Shown: in pieces, positions 54,749-64,000 of the stretch
How positions within the stretch are numbered: position 1 is the first letter of the stretch
Layout of the letters: each line of letters starts with the position of its first letter
Source: an uncultured delta proteobacterium
GTDB lineage: Bacteria > Myxococcota_A > Polyangia > Haliangiales > Haliangiaceae
Direction: 5' to 3'
Assembly: GCA_963743525.1 (NCBI GenBank)
Contig: CAVUQH010000004.1
Span: forward strand, 224,001-288,000
Length of the DNA stretch: 64,000 bases
Position numbers and translations under genes: made by a program
Notes under the pieces: model-generated
The model's input: only the letters and a program-made list of their open reading frames with translations
What the model was told of the DNA's origin: nothing
The model's database searches: none

Positions 54749-56104
54749 TCAGGGCGACAGCAGGAACGGGTAGTTGATGTGCCGATCCTTGCCGTCCCAG
54801 GCCGGGAACTTCGCCTTCTCGACCGCCTGCGATACGCACAGCCCGGTCTCCGTATTCTTGAACTTGCCAGTGGCCGACGCCGACGACACGTGGCCGTCGG
54901 CCGCGATGGTCACCTTGACCATCACCGTGCCCGCCTCCTGGAACTTGCCGTAGCAGGCGCTCACCCGGCCGCTGATCTTGCGCATGCCGGTGGTGATGTC
55001 GGAACGGGACAGCTCGGTCTTGCTCGGCGCCTTCTTGGCCTCGGCCGGCTTGTCCGCCGCGGCCACGTCGCTGTTGGCGACCGCGCCACCCGACGCCTCG
55101 TTGAGCAGGTCGTCGAGGGAGCGCTTGCCGTCGCTGGACTTGGGCTTGGACTTGCTGGTGTGCGACGTAGCCCTCGGCGCCGCGGCCCGGGACGCCGAGC
55201 TCTTCGACGACGACGACGAGCTGGCGTGGCTCGAGCTGTGCCGCGATCGACTGCTGCGGCGCTCGGCATTGTCCTGCTTGGCCGGGACCGGGGCCGCCGG
55301 CGGCGGCGTGGCGGCATTGCTCGCCTGGAGATCGGTATCGGCGCTGCTGCCCTGATCGGCCGGGGTCTCGCTGCCGTTGGGATCCTCGGCCGGCGGCGCC
55401 ACGTCCTTGTCGCCTGCCTGGTCGGCGGCCGGCTCGGGAATCGACGATGCAGTCGGCGCGGTCGCGGGCGTCTCTTCCGGCTGCGGGGCTGCGGCGGCGG
55501 TGCCGGTCGCGGCCTCGCTCTGCGCCACCTCGGTCGTCTTCTCGTGACCGCTGCGGACGACGAAGAAGATGATCGCGGCCGCTGCCACCGCGGCGCCGGC
55601 GACACCGTAGATCCACAGCGGCATGCCGCTGCTGCGCTCGGTCTCGGCCGCCGTCAGTCCCACCGCGCTGGCGGCCGCGGCACGCGGCGTCACGCTGCCT
55701 TCATCGGCGTAGTGCTCCTTGTCCTTGCCCGGCTCGGGTAGCACCACTGCCGCCAGACTGGCGCTCGACGCCGACGCCAGCAGCGACTCTTCGTGATCGG
55801 ACTCGGTCGACATGCGCCGAGAGATGCGCTTCTTGGTGCTGGTCGCCATCGCCTTGATGTCGTGCAGCCCCGTGTTCTCCTCCCGCTTGGCAGCGGGCTG
55901 GCCCGCCGGCGGCGGCATGTCGTTCTTCTTTCCCCCGTCTGTCGTCATGTTCGGTCCCATGGCCTCTCCCTCGAGATCAGCGCTGTCCAGCCGCGCCTCG
56001 ATTCGCCCGCCGAGCGTGTCGAAGTAGTCATCCGGCACCGCGCGGTCCAGCGCTGCACAGGCGTCGCGGATATCGTCGTCCAACTTCCTCACGGGCGTAT
56101 TCAC
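54749..56104 (-). CDS. Single-pass membrane protein with C-terminal TonB_C / AgmX-PglI-like domain; candidate anti-sigma factor
   Basis: N-terminal VPDDYFDTL..RIEARL, one TM, a long disordered linker, then LSRSDI...CY...GTVMVKVTIAADGHV...CV...FP...INYPF. Lies directly after an ECF sigma factor. Confidence 0.75.
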   Translation of the reverse strand: MNTPVRKLDDDIRDACAALDRAVPDDYFDTLGGRIEARLDSADLEGEAMGPNMTTDGGKKNDMPPPAGQPAAKREENTGLHDIKAMATSTKKRISRRMSTESDHEESLLASASSASLAAVVLPEPGKDKEHYADEGSVTPRAAAASAVGLTAAETERSSGMPLWIYGVAGAAVAAAAIIFFVVRSGHEKTTEVAQSEAATGTAAAAPQPEETPATAPTASSIPEPAADQAGDKDVAPPAEDPNGSETPADQGSSADTDLQASNAATPPPAAPVPAKQDNAERRSSRSRHSSSHASSSSSSKSSASRAAAPRATSHTSKSKPKSSDGKRSLDDLLNEASGGAVANSDVAAADKPAEAKKAPSKTELSRSDITTGMRKISGRVSACYGKFQEAGTVMVKVTIAADGHVSSASATGKFKNTETGLCVSQAVEKAKFPAWDGKDRHINYPFLLSP

Positions 56105-56149
56105 CGGGCCAAGACGGCCCCTTTCTTCATCGGGGCCGGATTTAAGCCG

Positions 56150-56782
56150 CTAGCTTCCAGGTTCTTCCAGTGTTTTTTTAGCAGGAGCCGAGCCGGACGG
56201 TTCTGCCAGCGGCTCGTCGGCCCCGGCCAGACGCTCGCGCAGCTGGCGCCGGGCCTCGTTGATCCGCCAGGCCACGGTACCCTCCGGGACCTCGAGGATT
56301 TCCGAAACATCTCGGTAGGAAAGGCCCTCGACGGTGGCCAGGACCAGGGTGACCCGGAGGGTCTCTGACAGCTCGGCCAGGGCCTCCAGGACCCGGGACA
56401 GGTGCTGGCCCAGCTCGGCCTCCTCGCGAGGGCTGCGAACCCGGGCGCTGCCGCCCCCCGGGACCTGGCCGCTGTCGGCCATCCGCCGCTCACCCTCCCG
56501 GGCCAGCCCCTGGTTTCTCCGGTGCTTGCGCAGGTGGTTGAGCGAGGTGTTGACGGTGATCCGGTACAGCCAGGTGAACAGATCCGACCGGCCGTCGAAC
56601 GAGGCCAGGGCGCGAAATGCCCGAATGAAGACGTCTTGCGTGACGTCGTCGGCCTCGGCGTGGCTGCCCATGATGTGAAGCGCGGTGGCATGAACTCGGC
56701 GTTGGTGCACCCGGACCAGGGCGCCAAATGCGGCCCGGTCCCCACGCTTCGCGCGGGCGAGGAGATCCTCGTCACCCGACAT
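56150..56782 (-). CDS. ECF sigma-70 factor
   Basis: DEDLLARAKRGDRAAFGALV, ADDVTQDVF, FTWLYRITVN and GLSYRDVSEILEVPEGTVAWRINEARRQL. Confidence 0.93.
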   Translation of the reverse strand: MSGDEDLLARAKRGDRAAFGALVRVHQRRVHATALHIMGSHAEADDVTQDVFIRAFRALASFDGRSDLFTWLYRITVNTSLNHLRKHRRNQGLAREGERRMADSGQVPGGGSARVRSPREEAELGQHLSRVLEALAELSETLRVTLVLATVEGLSYRDVSEILEVPEGTVAWRINEARRQLRERLAGADEPLAEPSGSAPAKKTLEEPGS

Positions 56783-56843
56783 CGAAGCGACTATACAAGG
56801 TGGCGCACCCGGTTGGACAACGGCCTCCGGGCATTCTTGGGTT

Positions 56844-57234
56844 TCAGCCGACCCGCCGCTCGACCTCGAACAGGCGCGGAATCACCCGGGCCGCGACCCG
56901 GTCCAGACGGCACAGGAGGGCCGCTGCCTGCTGCCTTTCGGCCAGCCTGGCCACAGCGCGCTCCTCGGCGGTGTGCCCACCATCTCGCACCCTGACCTCC
57001 CTGGTGGCGCCGACCAGCGACAGCGGATCGGTTCCGCCCGCGATCTCCTGCGCCAGCTCGACGGCCCGCGCCCGCGCCGCCGACAGGGCGTTCGACCAGA
57101 TCAGCGGCGAACGCCTCGAGCAGGGAGGCGGCCTTGTCCCCATCCACGCCGGCCACCAGCGCGTCGGGCTCGACCAGCGCCAGATCCGCGAGCCGCGCCA
57201 GGAGCTCCTCGTCGCCGGCGCCGGGCGAGCTCAT
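56844..57234 (-). pseudogene. Helical hypothetical protein coupled to pspA, apparently frameshifted near 57090
   Basis: ATG 57234 overlaps the pspA stop (ATGA). High-GC3 coding switches frame at ...ADLVER / ALSAARARAVEL. The span of 391 nt is not a multiple of 3. Confidence 0.55.
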
Positions 57235-57949
57235 TCCGGCTTCTTCTCCACCGGCGGCGCGCCGCTGCCCAGCTTCTTCTTGGCCCGGTCCTCGGCCATC
57301 TTCTTCTTCAGCTTGGTCAGCTCGTCGTCGGCCCCACCCGCGGCGGCGCCGAGGATCTTGGCCTCCAGCTCCGACTCCGGCAGCGGTCCGCCGTCGGCGT
57401 CCTGGCCCTCGAGGGCGGCGTTGACCTCGGCGCTGATGGCGTCGTCGTCGATCATCTCTTCGGCGCGAGCGAAGCGCTCCCACACCTCGTCGTCCTGGCC
57501 GAACGGGTTGGTGTTGCCGCTGCGCGCCGCCGCCAGCTGCGCCGCCATCGAGCTCTTCTTGAGCTTGAGGATGCGCAGCTTGGCCTCGGCGGTCTTGCGC
57601 GATTTATTGAGCTGAATGGCATAGCCGGCGGCCTCGTCGCGGTCGTGCTGGATCTTGTCGACCTCGGCCAGCGCCAGCTTCTGCTCCTTGAGCGCCTTCT
57701 TGGCCAGCTCGTCGTCACCGGCCTTGACCGCGCTCATGGCCCGCTTCTCCCACGCGGCCGCCTTTTCCTGTTGCCGCTGCAGGTCCTGCTCCATCTGCTT
57801 GGCGGCGGTCTTGTAGGCGACCAGCTCGCGCAGCGCGGATTTGTGCTGCTCGTCCAGCTCGAGGATGATCACGTCGAGCTCTTTTTCCGGATCGATGGCG
57901 GAATTGACCCGAGCTTTGATGTTGGTTTTGATCCGGTTGAAGATTCCCA

Positions 57950-57950
<1 letters not shown>
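57231..57950 (-). CDS. pspA: PspA/IM30 (ESCRT-III-like) family protein
   Basis: MGIFNRIKTNIKARVN...DPEKEL, WEKRAMSAVKAGDDELAKKAL, ERFARAEE and DDELTKLKKKM. Confidence 0.9.
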
Positions 57951-61341
<3,391 letters not shown>

Positions 61342-61374
61342 CCGGGCAGTATGCCACCCCTCCGTGGCCCGAGA

Positions 61375-62034
61375 CTACGCCAGGGCTTCGTCGCGGGACT
61401 TCTTGTAGCTCTCGAGCTCGTCGAGGGCGTGGCCGACTTCGCCGTCGCGGCCGATGCCGGCGGCAGAGCAGGCCTCGAGGAAGCGGCCGACCGCCTCGTT
61501 GTCGTGCTGCGCTCGCTCGCGCAGGGCGTCGTGGGTCTCTTTGAACACGCCGTAGAAGTGCTTGAGCATGTCCCACTTGCGCAGGGGCCAGACGTCGCCG
61601 AGGTGGCCGTCGCGCATCTTGTCGAAGTAGCCGGCGACCTTGTACAGCGGGCCGGCGACCTTGTGGGTCATGATCACGAGGAACGCCGACAGCACCAGCA
61701 CCAGGCCGACGCCGACGCCGACCATGGTCAGGATCAGGCTGTTGTCGTCGGAGTGGAGCTCGCTGCGGATGAACTCCTTGATCTCGGACCACTCCTCCTT
61801 GGACTTCGCGCTGTCGGCCGCGGCCATGTTCATCGCCGCGTCGTCGACCACCGCCTCGGTGGCGCGGTTCTCCTGCTTCCAGATCAGGAAGCCGAGGGTG
61901 CCGGAGATGAGCGCCGACAAAATGGTGACGAAGGCGACGTAGCGGAGCTGCAGCCGCTTGTCGAGCAGGTAGTTGCCGAGGTGGCGCTTGTAGGTGCGCT
62001 TGCCCTTGGCCTGGGCGACGGGCAGATCAGACAA
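61375..62034 (-). CDS. Two-TM membrane protein with HAMP-like C-terminus (paralog B)
   Basis: TTG start after GGAGG; YKRHLGNYLLDKRLQL, THKVAGPLYK and LRKWD. Confidence 0.75.
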   Translation of the reverse strand: MSDLPVAQAKGKRTYKRHLGNYLLDKRLQLRYVAFVTILSALISGTLGFLIWKQENRATEAVVDDAAMNMAAADSAKSKEEWSEIKEFIRSELHSDDNSLILTMVGVGVGLVLVLSAFLVIMTHKVAGPLYKVAGYFDKMRDGHLGDVWPLRKWDMLKHFYGVFKETHDALRERAQHDNEAVGRFLEACSAAGIGRDGEVGHALDELESYKKSRDEALA

Positions 62035-63028
62035 GGCCGTCCTCCTTTCGCGCGACGATCGCGCGCAGCTCTTCGAGCGCGGCCGCGACCTCGGGAGACT
62101 TGTCGCCCAGCCCGTGCTGCTCGGCAACCTCGATGATCGCCTTCAATCGGGTGACGTCCTCCTCCTGCATCGAGCGAACTCCGGCGTGGGCGCCTTTGAA
62201 ATGCTCGTAGAAGTCGACCAACTGGTCGCCCTTGCGCAGGTTGTAGACGGTGTCGAACTTGCCGCCCTTCATCTTGTTCAGGTAGAGCGACACCTTGTGC
62301 AGCGGACCCGCGACGTGGTGGGTCATCTTGATGCCGTACAGGGTCAGACCGAAGACCAGGATCAGGCCGACGGCGATGAGCACGTAGAGGATGAAGTGCT
62401 GTCCGTCGATCAGCTCCTGCCGCTTGTGCGCCTGCACCTTCTGGCAGGCGGCATCGACCGGCCACATCGAGCGGTCTTCCGGCGCCGGCTGAACCGTCGC
62501 TTGCCCGCTGTCGTCGGCGGCGGGCGGAGGCTCGTCGTCGGCCGGCGGTGCCGGTTGCGCACCCTCGTCCGGCGCAGCCTCGTCGCCGTTCGGCGCAGCC
62601 TCGTCGCCGTTCGGCGCAGCCTCGTCGCCGTTCGGCGCAGCCTCGTCGCCGTTCGGCGCAGCCTTGTCGCCGTTCGGCGCAGCCTTGTCGCCGTTCGGCG
62701 CAGCCTTGTCGCCGTTCGGCGCAGCCTTGTCGCCGTCCTGGCCGGGCTCGACCATGGTCATCTCGCCGATGTCGGTGATGACCACGTCGGAACGATCGCG
62801 ATCGGGCGCCGGCGCCGCGCTCTGCTTGGGCGGAATCCGGCAGTCCTTGACGTCGTTGAGGAAGATCTCGGTGGCGCGTTGGGCCTCGCGGTTCACCCAC
62901 CAGCCGAGAACGACCATGAGCAACGCGCTGACCCCGACCATGAGCAGGGTGAAGCTCAGCTGGTACTGCTTGTCGAGCAGCAGGTTCCTCCAGCTTCGCT
63001 TGTAGGTTTTGTTTTTGGGTCCGCCCAT
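62027..63028 (-). CDS. Two-TM membrane protein with HAMP-like C-terminus and repeat-containing extracytoplasmic loop (paralog A)
   Basis: YKRSWRNLLLDKQYQL, THHVAGPLHK and LRKGD. Confidence 0.75.
   Translation of the reverse strand: MGGPKNKTYKRSWRNLLLDKQYQLSFTLLMVGVSALLMVVLGWWVNREAQRATEIFLNDVKDCRIPPKQSAAPAPDRDRSDVVITDIGEMTMVEPGQDGDKAAPNGDKAAPNGDKAAPNGDKAAPNGDEAAPNGDEAAPNGDEAAPNGDEAAPDEGAQPAPPADDEPPPAADDSGQATVQPAPEDRSMWPVDAACQKVQAHKRQELIDGQHFILYVLIAVGLILVFGLTLYGIKMTHHVAGPLHKVSLYLNKMKGGKFDTVYNLRKGDQLVDFYEHFKGAHAGVRSMQEEDVTRLKAIIEVAEQHGLGDKSPEVAAALEELRAIVARKEDGLV
62570..62737 (-). repeat. 21-bp tandem repeat x8 encoding (NGDKAAP)4(NGDEAAP)4
   Basis: Plus-strand unit CGGCGCAGCCT(C/T)GTCGCCGTT. 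Confidence 0.92.
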
Positions 63029-63035
63029 AGCTGCC

Positions 63036-63872
63036 TCAGCGGGCTTTGATCTTGATGGTGGGGATGATCTTCTTGGCCACCAGGTTCTCGACGACCGCCG
63101 AGACGCAGTCTTCGACCGCATAACCGACTTCGCGTGGGGACGACGAGGCCTGAACCTGGGCGCCACCCTCTGCGAAGCCGAACATGCTCTTCTCGGGATA
63201 GGTGGCCAGGATCATGCTGACCTTGCACGCAACGACAGTCTGTGACCCGCGTGGGGTCTTATCCAGCTGAGTCAGCGTACCGCTCACGTGATAGGCTTTC
63301 ATCTTTTTCGCCGAAAGGGCGGCTTTGCTTGGGGATTTTCCGCCCGGCCATTCGATCATCATCGAGCTGGCGGTCTTCTTGAAGGCCCCCCTCGCCGCTT
63401 TCATCATCAGCGCGGGCACCTTGGACGGCCCGTCAACCTTGGTGCCCATGCCGCTGATGTCGATGTAGATGCCGCCCTCCGACGGCTCCGCTGAACCGAG
63501 GTTCTTGAGCTGGTCGTAGGCCTTGCCTGCCTGTCGTTTGACGAACGAGTTGGAGTCGCCGTCCCGGGCCTTGCGCAGGGCATCGAGCACCTGGCTGCGC
63601 AGCGACGCCGAGGTGCTGGAGTCGACCAGCTTGCCCAACGACGCCGCGGCCACGCCGCGAACCGTCTTGTCGTTGTCGCCCAGCGCGCGGACGAAGCCGC
63701 GGATCACGCTGGGCCGGCGGACGTTCATCTTGGCCAGGTTCAGCGCAGCCGACAGCCGGACTTTGTAGTCCGACGCCGAGGTCATCTGCTTCACCAGCTG
63801 GTCGACCTTGTCGGCGCGAGCCTGGCTCTGCAGGACGAACAGTAGCGCGAGCGGAAAAACGATCGCGCGCAT
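63036..63872 (-). CDS. Secreted HEAT-repeat protein
   Basis: Signal peptide ending ARA-D; DYKVRLSAALNL, LGDNDKTVRGVAAASLG and DSNSFVK. Confidence 0.78.
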   Translation of the reverse strand: MRAIVFPLALLFVLQSQARADKVDQLVKQMTSASDYKVRLSAALNLAKMNVRRPSVIRGFVRALGDNDKTVRGVAAASLGKLVDSSTSASLRSQVLDALRKARDGDSNSFVKRQAGKAYDQLKNLGSAEPSEGGIYIDISGMGTKVDGPSKVPALMMKAARGAFKKTASSMMIEWPGGKSPSKAALSAKKMKAYHVSGTLTQLDKTPRGSQTVVACKVSMILATYPEKSMFGFAEGGAQVQASSSPREVGYAVEDCVSAVVENLVAKKIIPTIKIKAR

Positions 63873-64000
63873 TACCGAGCTAGTGGACGGCCTCATGTCA
63901 CCTTGGGAGTTCGGATCGGGTGGGCAACTCTTCCCGTCGCCCTCTACGTTAACGGTGGTCGCCCCCCTTTTCTTCAGCATCGCCGACCCGCGCCCCCAAT

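Noticed and set aside
62570..62737. 21-bp repeats as a CRISPR array
   Set aside because: The units are contiguous with no spacers, lie in frame within a CDS, and no cas genes are present.

Overview
High-GC (about 70%) window, most likely from a myxobacterium (Myxococcota, perhaps Haliangium/Kofleria-like). Evidence: a MYXO-CTERM sorting signal, many lipoproteins, Hanks-type kinases and repeated sigma-54 promoters. It holds about 60 tightly packed genes; I saw no rRNA, tRNA, CRISPR array or transposase. Housekeeping and metabolic genes include tdk, a sirtuin, gcvP, trkA, amrS, an RlmL-like methyltransferase, a nitrite/sulfite reductase and arsR with an ArsI/CadI-like gene. Main highlights: (1) a 9-kb envelope-stress-like operon in which a PspF-type sigma-54 activator has gained a receiver domain and lost the Trp56-equivalent residue. 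It lies between a TPR histidine kinase and pspA, with two HAMP-like membrane paralogs upstream and an ECF sigma/membrane-partner pair downstream; a separate Ser/Thr kinase carries a PspB/PspC-like N-terminus. (2) A DsbA/FrnE selenoprotein truncated by the ORF track (in-frame UGA in UPFC plus a SECIS-like hairpin). (3) A single-ORF antitoxin-ParE/RelE fusion. (4) A four-helix-bundle gene behind a branched GAA-loop palindrome and a roughly 335-bp hexamer repeat. (5) Probable ethylmalonyl-CoA pathway genes (mcd, mch). (6) A Bacillus-type zinc phospholipase C lipoprotein. (7) A three-piece ABC-exporter deletion scar and two apparent frameshifts. All family calls come from motif recognition by eye; no database search was run.
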